Origin: Nitrospiraceae bacterium
Lineage (GTDB): Bacteria > Nitrospirota > Nitrospiria > Nitrospirales > Nitrospiraceae
Length of the DNA: 64,000 bases
Direction: 5' to 3'
NCBI GenBank assembly: GCA_050246315.1
Contig: JBFWWG010000006.1
Span: 32,001-96,000, forward strand
Shown: positions 18,294-28,065 of the stretch, one piece after another
Layout: the number at the start of each line of letters is the position of its first letter
Numbering within the stretch: the stretch's first letter is position 1
Notes under the pieces: generated by a model
What the model was told of the DNA's origin: nothing
What the model saw: only the letters and a program-made list of their open reading frames with translations
Databases searched by the model: none
Translations under genes and position numbers: made by a program

Positions 18294-19520
18294 TCATCGC
18301 GATCGTTCCTGCCGGGATCGATTCCGGGTGGAAGACCGGCCGGGCTTGCGGTGATAGATCACGATCGCCTCCTCCATAATCTCCCGCACCGGCTTGCCGG
18401 ACCGCTCGGCCAGCCGGCGGCAATCGGCATACTCCGGCACCGCTCGGATGGGCACGCCGTTTCGCGACGCCACCTTCATTCGGACCGGCCCGTACTTGGT
18501 CGAGACGCGATGAAAGGTGCGGGGCAAGACCTCGCGGGCCACCTCCCGATAGCGGACGCCCAACGCGGTGGTCTCCCGCAGCATGACGTCCGCCACTTGA
18601 CGGGTTCGATCCTTGTTGGCCAGCGCCGCCAAGACGGTGCCGGGACGCCCCCGTTTCATCACGACGGGGCTCAAGGTCACATCCAGCGCCCCGGCCGCGA
18701 AGAGCCGTTCCATCACCGTTTCGTAGATCTGAGGATTGAGGTCGTCGAGGTTCGTCTCAATTTCGAACACCGACTCGGTGTCGGCACCGGCCTCCGCCTG
18801 AACCGCCCCGAGAAACAACCGCAAGACATTCGGCCACCCATGGGGATCGGCCTCCCCTGCCCCGTACCCCACCGTCGTGGGCCACATCGGCGGCAGGGCG
18901 CGAAACTCCTCCACCAAGGTGCGGAGCACCGCCATGCCGGTCGGGGTGGTGAATTCCCTTCTCGGCCCTTCACTATAGATCGGCGCACCCTGAGCCAGGC
19001 GCGCGACCGCCGGACCCGGAACCGGCAGGGTCCCATGCGCCGACTGTTCGAAGCCGGTTCCGACGTTGACCGGAGACGCCGTAACACGTGACACACCCAA
19101 GAGGTGGCAGCCCAGCAAGGTACCCATGACATCGACGAGCGAATCGATGACCCCGACTTCGTGGAAATGCACCTGGTCGACCGGCACGCCATGCACGGCG
19201 CTCTCGGCTTCGGCAATCCTGGTGAAGACTTCCCCTCCCAATTCTTTCACGCGCGCCGGCAATCGGCTTCCTGCGATCAGACGCAGGATCTGGCGAAAGG
19301 TCAACGGGCGTTTCATCGATCGATGGATCACCACATCGACCTTGGTGGCCTGGATGACGCTGCGCATCACCTTCTTGGCCCGGATCTCATAGCCGGTGAG
19401 ATCGAGCGATGTCAGCCCCCGCCGGAGATCTCCGATCGGCACCCCCCCATCGACCAGAGCGCCCAGCATCATGTCGCCGCTGATGCCGGAGAAACAATCA
19501 AAATGCAGATGCATCGTCAT
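18294..19520 (-). CDS. larC: Nickel-pincer cofactor nickel insertase LarC
   Basis: 'DCFSGISGDM', 'VHFHEVG..DS', 'TPTG', 'ETNLDD', 'PEYADC'. Confidence 0.93.
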   Translation of the reverse strand: MTMHLHFDCFSGISGDMMLGALVDGGVPIGDLRRGLTSLDLTGYEIRAKKVMRSVIQATKVDVVIHRSMKRPLTFRQILRLIAGSRLPARVKELGGEVFTRIAEAESAVHGVPVDQVHFHEVGVIDSLVDVMGTLLGCHLLGVSRVTASPVNVGTGFEQSAHGTLPVPGPAVARLAQGAPIYSEGPRREFTTPTGMAVLRTLVEEFRALPPMWPTTVGYGAGEADPHGWPNVLRLFLGAVQAEAGADTESVFEIETNLDDLNPQIYETVMERLFAAGALDVTLSPVVMKRGRPGTVLAALANKDRTRQVADVMLRETTALGVRYREVAREVLPRTFHRVSTKYGPVRMKVASRNGVPIRAVPEYADCRRLAERSGKPVREIMEEAIVIYHRKPGRSSTRNRSRQERSR

Positions 19521-19788
19521 CGTTGATTTGGCTTTCGTTGAGTCTGCGCACCCGCCTCACCCGCCGAGAATCGTCGCCCGATCCCGGCTCGATGTGCGCG
19601 CATCTTAACAAATGCGTCTTCAGTCGGAAATGTGGCGATCGCGGCGATCGAATCATCCAGCGGAATCCGCGCGCCCGATTGACAGCTTTCGGAGCCTGTG
19701 TTATCCGGTGACATCCCGCATCAATTCGTTTCGCTGCCCCCTGGCTCAACGGACTGGACAGGATGACAATGGCCAGCAGGCCGACGCC

Positions 19789-20346
19789 ATGATCGATCCG
19801 ACGAACTGGAAAGCGGTGATCGGCCTCCTCTGCGTCACGGCGTGCTGTCTGCTGGGTCCGGACCAGTCCGAGGCGGCGCGGAAATCGAAAGCGGCGCCCA
19901 AGAAACAGCCGGACCTTCGAATCGTCGATGTTCGGATTAAGCCGGTGCCCTATGTCCCTTCGCACGGCGAGTTGCAATTCACGCTGGCGATCGACCTTCC
20001 TCCCGACGTCGAACGCACGGCCCTGCTGGAAGTCACCTGTTTGCTGAGTTCGCCCTCGAAGACCAGTCTCCGATTTCTCACCTACCGCCAGCCGATTACT
20101 CCCCTGCTGGAGACCATCGGCCACCAGTCGCCGCACCCCGCTCCTGCCGGAGACCATCGCGATCGCCCCCCCTCTCCCAGAGTCACCGTGACCTTGAATT
20201 GGGATGGAATGGACCACACCAGGCAGGAGGCTCAGTCTGGCCAGTACCGTTACGAACTCCGCGCCAAGATCATCGGAGATGGGGACAACACGCCCCGCAC
20301 CCTCACCGTCTCTTGGCCGAAGCGAGGGACGATGGAGGTGAGATAG
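19789..20346 (+). CDS. Exported hypothetical protein with FlgD Ig-like C-terminus
   Basis: Signal-like N-terminus; 'LNWDGMD...SGQYRY'; start uncertain. Confidence 0.6.
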   Translation: MIDPTNWKAVIGLLCVTACCLLGPDQSEAARKSKAAPKKQPDLRIVDVRIKPVPYVPSHGELQFTLAIDLPPDVERTALLEVTCLLSSPSKTSLRFLTYRQPITPLLETIGHQSPHPAPAGDHRDRPPSPRVTVTLNWDGMDHTRQEAQSGQYRYELRAKIIGDGDNTPRTLTVSWPKRGTMEVR

Positions 20347-20361
20347 TACCGCGGTCGGTGG

Positions 20362-21222
20362 TCACTCGTCATTCGCCAATCGTGGCCTCGTGTTGCGCCC
20401 CCCTCTCCCCTGCCCTCTGCCGGTGGAGGAGAGGCGACGCGGAGCGGACCGCTTGAGGGTCGACGAACGACGCTCTTCCCCCAGTAGATTGATCCGGTGC
20501 GCGAGGCAGCCCGCGCCGAATCCGTTATCGATGTTCATCACCCCGACCCCCGCCGCGCAGGCATTCAGCATGGTCAGAAGGGCCGCGAAGCCTCCGAGGC
20601 TGGCTCCGTAGCCGGTGCTGGTGGGCACCGCGATCACAGGGCGGTCGACCAATCCGCCGACCACGCTGGGGAGCACCCCGTCCATCCCCGCCACCACCAC
20701 CAACACCCGAGCTTGTTGCAGGCGCCGGTGCTGGCTGAGCACGCGATGGATGCCGGCCACGCCCACGTCATAAAGAGTTTCAACGCGGCTGCCCATGATC
20801 TCCGCGGTGATCCGCGCTTCCTCCGCTACGGGCACGTCGGCGGTCCCGGCCGTGAGCACAAGTATGTGGCCCTGTTGCTGACGCCGACCCGGTTGAACGG
20901 TGACGACCCGCGCCTCCGGATGGTGCCGGGCCGAGCGGTCCAGCCTTACCAAGGCCCGCGCCGTTTTCGGCGAAACTCGGGTTGCCAGCAGCAACCGATG
21001 TCGTTTGAGAAGCCGCCCGGCAATCGCCGTCACCTGCGCCGTGGTCTTGCCTTCGCAGAAAATGACCTCGGGAAATCCTTGCCGGAGGGACCGGTGATGA
21101 TCGACCGTGGCAAAACCCAGATGCTCGGCCGGCAGCGACCGCAACCGGTCGATGACCGCCGACTCCCTGATCCTGCCCCGTCGGAATTCCGCCAGCAGCC
21201 GCGTGACCTGCTCGCGCGTCAT
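20362..21222 (-). CDS. larB: Nickel-pincer cofactor biosynthesis protein LarB
   Basis: 'DHHRSLRQGFPEVIF..GKT', 'AGTAD', 'DVGVAG', 'PTSTGYGA', 'NIDNGFGA'. Confidence 0.95.
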   Translation of the reverse strand: MTREQVTRLLAEFRRGRIRESAVIDRLRSLPAEHLGFATVDHHRSLRQGFPEVIFCEGKTTAQVTAIAGRLLKRHRLLLATRVSPKTARALVRLDRSARHHPEARVVTVQPGRRQQQGHILVLTAGTADVPVAEEARITAEIMGSRVETLYDVGVAGIHRVLSQHRRLQQARVLVVVAGMDGVLPSVVGGLVDRPVIAVPTSTGYGASLGGFAALLTMLNACAAGVGVMNIDNGFGAGCLAHRINLLGEERRSSTLKRSAPRRLSSTGRGQGRGGRNTRPRLANDE

Positions 21223-21241
21223 GACGCGGGTGTTCCCCCCT

Positions 21242-22270
21242 TCAACAGACCACCTCTTCCTTGGCCCCCCGTTCCATGAGGTCGCTTACGGCACGGCTGC
21301 ACGATTTGCCCTCGAAGAGCACCGCACAAACCTCGCGCACGATCGGCATATCGACTTGGTGGCGCCGGGCCAGACCGAGCGCTGCCCCGGCGGTGCGCAC
21401 TCCCTCCGCCACGGCCTGCATGCCGTCAAGAATGTCGGCGAGCCGTTCCCCTTGCCCGAGCCGCAACCCCACTTGATGATTGCGGCTTGCCGGCCCCGTC
21501 GATGTCAGCACCAGATCTCCCACGCCCGACAGACCATAGAACGTACGCGGATCGGCGCCCATCGCCTGTCCCAACCGTATGATTTCCGCGAGCCCCCGCG
21601 TGATCAGCGCGGCGCGCGCATTGTGTCCCAAACCCAACCCATCCACGACGCCGGCGGCGAGCGCCATCACGTTCTTGAGCGCGCCGCCGAGTTGCACTCC
21701 GACGACATCGCTGCTGCCATAGACTCGGAAACGGGATGTCATCAGCATGGTTTGAAGGTCGCGCACGAGGTCACGGTCCGACCCGGCCAGAGCCACGGCG
21801 GTCGGCAGCTCTTTGGCCACTTCGCCGGCAAAGCTGGGACCGGATAGCACGGTCAACAGATCGGGATGGTCCCGCAGCCAGCCGCGGGTCACGACTTCGG
21901 ACATCAACTCGAATGACCCCTCCTCGATACCCTTCGTCGCGCTGATGACGGGACGGGCGGGATGCCCTCCCTCGCCGATACGACTCAGGACCGAACGGGC
22001 CGCGTGAGACGGCACCGCAAACACCAACACCTCCGTCCCTTCCAACGCCTCGGCGAGGGAGTGGGTGGCGGTCAACGTGCCAGGGAGGATGAAGCCGGGG
22101 AGGAACAGGCGGTTCTCGCGTTCACTGCGGATCGATTGCGCCACCTCCGGTTCATGGGCCCACAATGTCACCGAGAGCGATTTCCTGGCGAGATGAGCGG
22201 CAAGGGCGGTGCCCCACGCGCCGGCTCCGATGACGGCAATGCGATGAAATGTTCGGCTGGAGTCAGTCAT
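21242..22270 (-). CDS. gpsA: NAD(P)H-dependent glycerol-3-phosphate dehydrogenase
   Basis: 'GAGAWGTALA', 'SGPSFA', 'GGALKNV', 'GDLVLT', 'SRN'. Confidence 0.96.
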   Translation of the reverse strand: MTDSSRTFHRIAVIGAGAWGTALAAHLARKSLSVTLWAHEPEVAQSIRSERENRLFLPGFILPGTLTATHSLAEALEGTEVLVFAVPSHAARSVLSRIGEGGHPARPVISATKGIEEGSFELMSEVVTRGWLRDHPDLLTVLSGPSFAGEVAKELPTAVALAGSDRDLVRDLQTMLMTSRFRVYGSSDVVGVQLGGALKNVMALAAGVVDGLGLGHNARAALITRGLAEIIRLGQAMGADPRTFYGLSGVGDLVLTSTGPASRNHQVGLRLGQGERLADILDGMQAVAEGVRTAGAALGLARRHQVDMPIVREVCAVLFEGKSCSRAVSDLMERGAKEEVVC

Positions 22271-22551
22271 GAATGGGCGGTGATCGGTCTCATTCCGGTC
22301 GCCGCAAGGAGAGAGACGCATTATAGAAACCGGGTTTCTCCGCTGTCAATCGACGCGACCCTGCCCGACCGCGATGGGGACTCGATCCGATCCTTCGCGG
22401 GAGCCATCATGTCTCAGGCGACGCGATACGTCACGAAGAAATACCGGGTTCCTTTGTCGGCGAACATGCACCTGTCGGACTTGGCGTTTCTAATAGACTT
22501 CACGAGGAGTCCGCTGTAAGAGCATAGGAGGCCGCAGATCACCCCATGCGG

Positions 22552-22566
22552 CGGCACGAGCATTGC
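22552..22566 (+). promoter_or_regulatory. Candidate sigma-54 promoter
   Basis: CGGCACGAGCATTGC matches YGGCAC-N5-TTGC, 70 bp upstream of ATG 22637. Confidence 0.55.
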
Positions 22567-22636
22567 GTTTCCGTAATGAGAACTTCCTGGATTGCCCCCT
22601 CCCCAAGGAACAAGGGCCAGAGGAGGAACACTTAAG

Positions 22637-23335
22637 ATGGCGCCTGCACAACACGCTTCGTTGTTTCGGCTTACGGCCTTAATCTTGCTCGCCGGCAGCT
22701 TGTTCGTCGGGATGCAGCAGACGGTGCAGGCGGAATCCTACGTAGCCGGACAATTTGGGATCACGGTTCCCTCGATTAGCGGAGGGTTGACCGATGTCGA
22801 TCTGACCGGCTCATTCCCTCAGGGATCGACCTTTTCAGATAATGCGCTGAAGTCCTCGTTGGTATTTGGTGCGAAGTTCGGTCACTTTTTCAATCGCGTG
22901 CCGTGGTTCGGGCTCGAAACGGAAGCGTATATAACGAATCCCCATATCAAGCAGCAGCCGTTGACCTTGACCGTTCCTCCGGTCTCGGCCACAGCGGAGT
23001 TGCCGGGCGCCTACTTCCGCGTCGTGACCTGGGCTCCGGTGAATCTGGTCTTCCGCTACCCCGGGAAACGGTTGCAACCCTATGTGGCCATTGGCCCCGG
23101 CCTCTTCTTCGCTCGCATCAAGGATCCCAATTCCTCCGACTCGCAATCCGACACCAGGCTCGGGTTGAACACCCAGGTTGGAATCCGGTACTTCCTCACA
23201 AGACATGTCACGCTGTTCGGCGAGTGGAAGTACAACTATGTCCGGTTCCACTTCGAGGAGATGCCCGATTATTTCGGTTTCAACGCCACCTACAGCATGA
23301 ACCACTTCGTGCTCGGCCTCGGGTACCACTTCTAA
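22637..23335 (+). CDS. Outer-membrane beta-barrel protein (OmpA-like 8-stranded)
   Basis: Signal peptide 'VQA-ESYVAGQFG'; 'LQPYVAIG'; terminal 'GLGYHF'; AGGAGG upstream. Confidence 0.85.
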   Translation: MAPAQHASLFRLTALILLAGSLFVGMQQTVQAESYVAGQFGITVPSISGGLTDVDLTGSFPQGSTFSDNALKSSLVFGAKFGHFFNRVPWFGLETEAYITNPHIKQQPLTLTVPPVSATAELPGAYFRVVTWAPVNLVFRYPGKRLQPYVAIGPGLFFARIKDPNSSDSQSDTRLGLNTQVGIRYFLTRHVTLFGEWKYNYVRFHFEEMPDYFGFNATYSMNHFVLGLGYHF

Positions 23336-23559
23336 CCCTCATCGATGACGGGCCTCTCTGGGCACGTCGCGAAGCGCTCCGACCTGACGTCATACGCTAC
23401 CCATCATTCAGCAGTTGGCTGAGGAAAGGACGCGCAAGACCAGGTTCGCCACCTCCCACGATTGATGAACGACGAGTGACCATTGCTCCGCTCCGAAGGC
23501 TCGGGCGCGATCATCCAGATTGACGGTGCAAGTCCCTCCCGCCATACTTCGCGCTCGCG

Positions 23560-23919
23560 ATGCTGACCACCTGCGTCAACTGCGGAATCGTGCTCGGATC
23601 AGAAGCCCGATTCTGTCCGCAATGCGGGCGTCCCCAGCCTGCCCGTACCGTTGATGGTTCGAGTCCACAAGCCAACGCAATCAAGGAAGAGATGAGCATG
23701 CCGGTCCTGTATGTAATGATCGGCATTTTACTCCTCGCCTTCCTCTTCCCGCCTTGGGAGTCTCCTCCGAGTGAACCTCCTGCCTTCCTGGGGTTTCACC
23801 CTTTCCGGAAGCCGCCGACAGCCACGGCCGTCATCAGTCGCATGTTGCTGATCATTGAGACCATGACCACTGTGATCGGCGGGGTCTATGCTTCGTGGCT
23901 TTTCCGCAGGAGACGTTAA
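23560..23919 (+). CDS. Zinc-ribbon membrane protein
   Basis: CxxC...FCxxCG followed by two TM segments. Confidence 0.75.
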   Translation: MLTTCVNCGIVLGSEARFCPQCGRPQPARTVDGSSPQANAIKEEMSMPVLYVMIGILLLAFLFPPWESPPSEPPAFLGFHPFRKPPTATAVISRMLLIIETMTTVIGGVYASWLFRRRR

Positions 23920-24022
23920 TCGTCCTTCGTCAACCGTCAATCGTGCCGAGGGACGAAAGAAGGTGCGTATTTCGCTTCGTGCTCCTCCTGCCGATTGACG
24001 TTCGCCGCTTGACGCGGTGCGC

Positions 24023-24832
24023 TTAATCCAGGGCCAACGTCAAGCACTTGGCCGAGCCGCCCGATTTGAGGAACTCATGAAGGGGCGTGGGATGGGTGAG
24101 GTAGCCCCGTTCGCGGAGTAACCGCTCCGTGGTCTCGCAGCCGGTCGGCAGGACCACGTGCTTGCCGACACAGACGGCATTGCAGGCAAACTGGAGCGCG
24201 TCGGATTCCGGCACGACCAATTGCCTGGCGGCAGGAATACGCTCCGCAATGGCGGCTTGCGCGTAGAGATCGAACGCCGGAGGATAGTACAGCAACTCCC
24301 CTCCGCTGAGCGGGCAGAAGCAGGTGTCCAAATGGTAGAAGCGGCTGTCAACAAGCTCAACCGGAATGATCTCCCGGTGGAAGACCTCGCCGAGCACCGG
24401 ATAAGCCCTGATGTCCGACCGTTGCCGATAGCCCCCGAACCAGGTATCGGGAAATCCGAGGAGATCTCCAGCGCCCTCAAAAAATAGCCCGCGCTCAAGC
24501 AACACGACTTCATAACCCTGCGCGTGGAACCAGCGCTCGAAATGAATCTCCTCTCGTTGCCGCTCAGGATGACGAAATCGGCTGACGACGGCGCGTCGTC
24601 CCTGTACGACACCGGCATTGGCCGTGAACACGAGATCGGGCAAGCCCGGCACGGGATCCAGGCGTTCGAGAATCGCGCCCGTGTCCTGCTCCAGCACTCG
24701 GACCAACCCGTTCCACTGGTCCCGCGCGCAATCGGGATGGACCTCGTTCTTACGGCGCATCCAAGGATTGATTTCGTAGTCGATCGAGAAATAATCCGGG
24801 GCGCAGACAAGAAACCGGCTCACGGCTGCCAC
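24023..24832 (-). CDS. Amidinotransferase/DDAH-superfamily protein, ArgZ/AgrE N-domain-like (candidate arginine dihydrolase)
   Basis: 'Y.INPWM', 'PDLVFTANAG', 'FEGAGD', 'FYHLDTCFCPL', 'GGSAKCLTL' with Glu-His-Cys triad. Confidence 0.85.
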   Translation of the reverse strand: MAAVSRFLVCAPDYFSIDYEINPWMRRKNEVHPDCARDQWNGLVRVLEQDTGAILERLDPVPGLPDLVFTANAGVVQGRRAVVSRFRHPERQREEIHFERWFHAQGYEVVLLERGLFFEGAGDLLGFPDTWFGGYRQRSDIRAYPVLGEVFHREIIPVELVDSRFYHLDTCFCPLSGGELLYYPPAFDLYAQAAIAERIPAARQLVVPESDALQFACNAVCVGKHVVLPTGCETTERLLRERGYLTHPTPLHEFLKSGGSAKCLTLALD

Positions 24833-26070
24833 CCCAATTCTCGCGCCAGTTCCTTTAAGAACGAGGCGGCGTCCATGACCAGCCCGACGGCCTGAAAGCT
24901 GCCGCGATCGGCCAACTTGGTCGGCACGGATGGATTGACGTCCACGCAGACGGTCGGCACCGTCGCCGGCAACAGGTTCCCGGTCGCCACGGCATGCAAG
25001 GTGGAGGCAACCAGGAGAGCCAAGGCGACATCGGGAAGGGCGGCCCGCATGGCGGCCTGCGCCTGCATGGAATCGGTGACAACCCCCGGCAGCGGCCCGT
25101 CGTCCCTGATAGTGCCGGCCATGACCATCTGCACACCTTGCCTCACGCAGGCGGCCATGATGCCGCTCGTGATCAGGCCTTGGCGCACCGCGCCTTCGAT
25201 ACTGCCAATGGCACGGATGCGGTTGATCGTGCGCAGGTGATGCTCATGTCCGTGCGGCATCGTGCGGCCAGCCGTCAACCCATAGCCACGCGAGGTGCCG
25301 AACAGCGCCGCCTCCATGTCATGGGCGGCCAGGGCGTTGCCGCAAAACAACACCTGCACGAAACCTGATTCGACCAGCCAGGTCAGCGCGTCCCTCCCAC
25401 CCGCATGGACAATGGCCGGTCCGCCGGCCAGCAGGATCTTGCTGGCTCGATGCCCCTGACGGAACGAGGTACGGAGTGCCTGCATCCGTTTGGCGATGTC
25501 CGCGATCAACGGTGTATGCGGACGCTCGGAGGACACCTGCGCTTCCATGAAGCCGAACACGTCCCGCCCTGCCGGCCGGCTCAGCGGCTGAACCCTCACG
25601 CCCGACCGGCCCACGACGACGAGCTCGCCTTTCCGGATGTCCGCCATCGGGACAATGCCGGCGCAGCGCTTGGCCGGATCGATTCGAATCGCCGTATCCA
25701 TTTCAATCGGCTCGACGGGCACCCAATGGCCGTGCAGCCGTACCTGGGTCGGAAGGTGGCTCGTCGCGTAAAACCGGTCAGGCAGGACTCCGTCCCCCGG
25801 GGCCGGCTCGACTTCACAGTCACGATCCGACTCGGGGGCGGCGCCATGCGGCTGGATGGCGGTCAGGATTTCGGCCAACAGCTCTTCCGATGGAGCCTGG
25901 ACGAGAATGCTGGCTCTGGAGGGCTGCTCCCGCGTCACGCCGATCTGGACTTCCTGCAGATCAAAGCCTCCGCCCATCATCAGGATGGTATCCAGGACCT
26001 TGGCCAGCAGCAGAGAATCGATGATGTGTCCCTGAAGGGAGACCAGTTCACTGTAGGGGAGTTGGGACAT
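24820..26070 (-). CDS. TIGR00300 / LOR-SDH-like protein (AgrE C-terminal ornithine cyclodeaminase-like)
   Basis: 'GHIIDS', 'FGFM...VSSERP', 'GPAIVHAG', 'GNALAAHD.E', 'IRDDGPLP', 'TKLADRGS'. Confidence 0.85.
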   Translation of the reverse strand: MSQLPYSELVSLQGHIIDSLLLAKVLDTILMMGGGFDLQEVQIGVTREQPSRASILVQAPSEELLAEILTAIQPHGAAPESDRDCEVEPAPGDGVLPDRFYATSHLPTQVRLHGHWVPVEPIEMDTAIRIDPAKRCAGIVPMADIRKGELVVVGRSGVRVQPLSRPAGRDVFGFMEAQVSSERPHTPLIADIAKRMQALRTSFRQGHRASKILLAGGPAIVHAGGRDALTWLVESGFVQVLFCGNALAAHDMEAALFGTSRGYGLTAGRTMPHGHEHHLRTINRIRAIGSIEGAVRQGLITSGIMAACVRQGVQMVMAGTIRDDGPLPGVVTDSMQAQAAMRAALPDVALALLVASTLHAVATGNLLPATVPTVCVDVNPSVPTKLADRGSFQAVGLVMDAASFLKELARELGWQP

Positions 26071-26178
26071 ACGACACCGGGAAGAGGCCCGCTCCCATCA
26101 TAATACCACGCGGGCGGGTGGCCATCGGAGGGGCGGAGCCGTCCCTCTCGGTCGTCGCCGGCCGAACCGGCGCTACCC

Positions 26179-27279
26179 TCAACGCTCCTGCTCGCTCTTC
26201 ATCAGTTCTCGAAGCACATTGGTGGCGTAAGCACCGGGAGGGAGCGTAAACGAGAGGACGAGGGTTCGATCCCGACACTCCCAATCCAACCCAGCCAACG
26301 GCACCCGCAGCGCTCGCCGTTCTCCACGAAACCCACAGGCCTTGGCAGCGGCCGTCAACGCCTCCCTGGTCGTACCGAATGCGGCCACCGCGTCCTGCTC
26401 GATCTCTCCGGCTTCGCCCGTCGCCCAGGAAGCGCGCGAGCCGAAGAGCGGGCCGGTCGGGCTGATCTCAAACACATCGGCCCGTGGCTGCTCCTGGGCT
26501 GGATCTTCCACCGGAAAGCAGGCGCCGTTCACGACCTTGATGGCCCAGTCGCCCGACAGCATCCGATCGATCCGATCGATACGCGCAGCGAGAATGCGAT
26601 TGAACAGGTGCGCCTGATAGGCATGCAGGTACCAGAGCCGCTTGCTCCTCGACAACTTGTTGCGCCGAGCCTCATCGATCAATAACTCGGCGCCGAGCAA
26701 GTAGTTGTCCCCCTTGCGCCCCTGACGTTGCGGGCCGAAGTAATGCGGCACCCCGCGACGGACCAGTGCAGCCAGCACTGCCGGTACCCGTTCACCGGCG
26801 TCCGGCGACACCTGACGTATCACCAATCGAAACTCGTTCCCCGCGTGGTGACCGGTTCGCAGACGATTGCGATGGCGTCCCAGCACCTCGACGGCCAGAA
26901 TCCGGTCATCCGTGCGCAGGCGAGCCAGCGCCTCCGGCTTCACGCCTTGCAAGGAGACCATCTGAGTCGTTACGGCGTTCGCGTCTTTGAGCCCGGCTAC
27001 CCCGATTGCACGCGCCTTGATCCCCAAGACCGAACTCAGATGCAGGACCAATTGAGGCGTCCCAATTCCTCGCTTGGTCATTCGCAGATACAGATGCTCT
27101 CCCTCTCCGCAGGGAAGGTACAGCGGCCGCTCCGTCACATGAAAATCTTCGGGCGTGGATCGGATCGTCCCTCCGATGCCGGGAACCGACGCGGTCAGAT
27201 ACGGCCATGGCGTCGTCACCATCGGCCCCGGCCGACTTCCTCGTTCGCCCCTCGTGGACAATGGTCCTGCAACCGTCAT
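26179..27279 (-). CDS. truD: tRNA pseudouridine(13) synthase
   Basis: 'PEDFHVTE', 'GEGEH', 'AGLKD..AVT.Q', 'YFGPQR', 'FTLPPGAYAT'; start uncertain. Confidence 0.93.
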   Translation of the reverse strand: MTVAGPLSTRGERGSRPGPMVTTPWPYLTASVPGIGGTIRSTPEDFHVTERPLYLPCGEGEHLYLRMTKRGIGTPQLVLHLSSVLGIKARAIGVAGLKDANAVTTQMVSLQGVKPEALARLRTDDRILAVEVLGRHRNRLRTGHHAGNEFRLVIRQVSPDAGERVPAVLAALVRRGVPHYFGPQRQGRKGDNYLLGAELLIDEARRNKLSRSKRLWYLHAYQAHLFNRILAARIDRIDRMLSGDWAIKVVNGACFPVEDPAQEQPRADVFEISPTGPLFGSRASWATGEAGEIEQDAVAAFGTTREALTAAAKACGFRGERRALRVPLAGLDWECRDRTLVLSFTLPPGAYATNVLRELMKSEQER

Positions 27280-27330
27280 TGGGTCATTTTCCTCGCCGTC
27301 CTTCCAGCCCATGTTATACTGATCCCACTT

Positions 27331-28065
27331 GTGAGCCACTCTTGCACGTCCAGACCCTCATCGTCGAGTTCCTCCGGTCGGAACCGGCCGCCTCGCAGGA
27401 TCAGGGCGCCAATTCCGCCCTGGACGGCGGTGTGCCTTCTCCTCTTTGCTTGCAATGGGACCATTCCTCATCCCCCCGCCCAGGCAGCGCTGGTCGATCC
27501 GTTTTCTGAGATTACCGCACACGTCCGTCGCCAAGTCACGCAGGATAAGCGGGAATTCACGATCGCCGACACCTGCACCCAGTGGTTCTATCGGCAACTG
27601 CGACCTGGTCACACTCCTCCCCGACCGAGCGCCGAACCGATCGCCTGGCGGCCGTCTGAAAACAGGCTGCGTCTCAACCAGCCTGTCGCCGAGAGTGAGC
27701 CGGCCACTCCCGATTGCGCAACGCTCTATCCAAAGGGGTTGCAGGAGGCGCGGCAAGCATTCGGCTTTACCCAGACGGCGCTCTCGATCAGTTTGACGTT
27801 TTATGAGTTCGCACTCGTCGCCGACCGGGATGACGACGGACATTACAGCCAATCCGAGATCGAGGATTTTCTCCGAGCGCTCGACCTGCAGGAATCGGCC
27901 CCCGGCTCCGAAGCGGCCCATGGCCAGACCCTTACCCGCACCTTCGACCGGATCTACCTCAATCGCTCACTCGACCTCGTCGTCACGGGCATGGGACACC
28001 TGTACGACTCCGGCTATCGCCTGACCCCCGCGGACCGCAACGAGCTCGACCAGGTCACGAGATGA
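27331..28065 (+). CDS. Hypothetical exported protein with EF-hand-like motif
   Basis: 3' part of ORF 26728-28065; 'DRDDDGHYSQSE'; coupled to the next gene; start uncertain. Confidence 0.6.
   Translation: MSHSCTSRPSSSSSSGRNRPPRRIRAPIPPWTAVCLLLFACNGTIPHPPAQAALVDPFSEITAHVRRQVTQDKREFTIADTCTQWFYRQLRPGHTPPRPSAEPIAWRPSENRLRLNQPVAESEPATPDCATLYPKGLQEARQAFGFTQTALSISLTFYEFALVADRDDDGHYSQSEIEDFLRALDLQESAPGSEAAHGQTLTRTFDRIYLNRSLDLVVTGMGHLYDSGYRLTPADRNELDQVTR

Noticed and set aside
26728..27330. 5' half of the 445-aa plus-strand ORF
   Set aside because: Antisense to truD; composition is not protein-like
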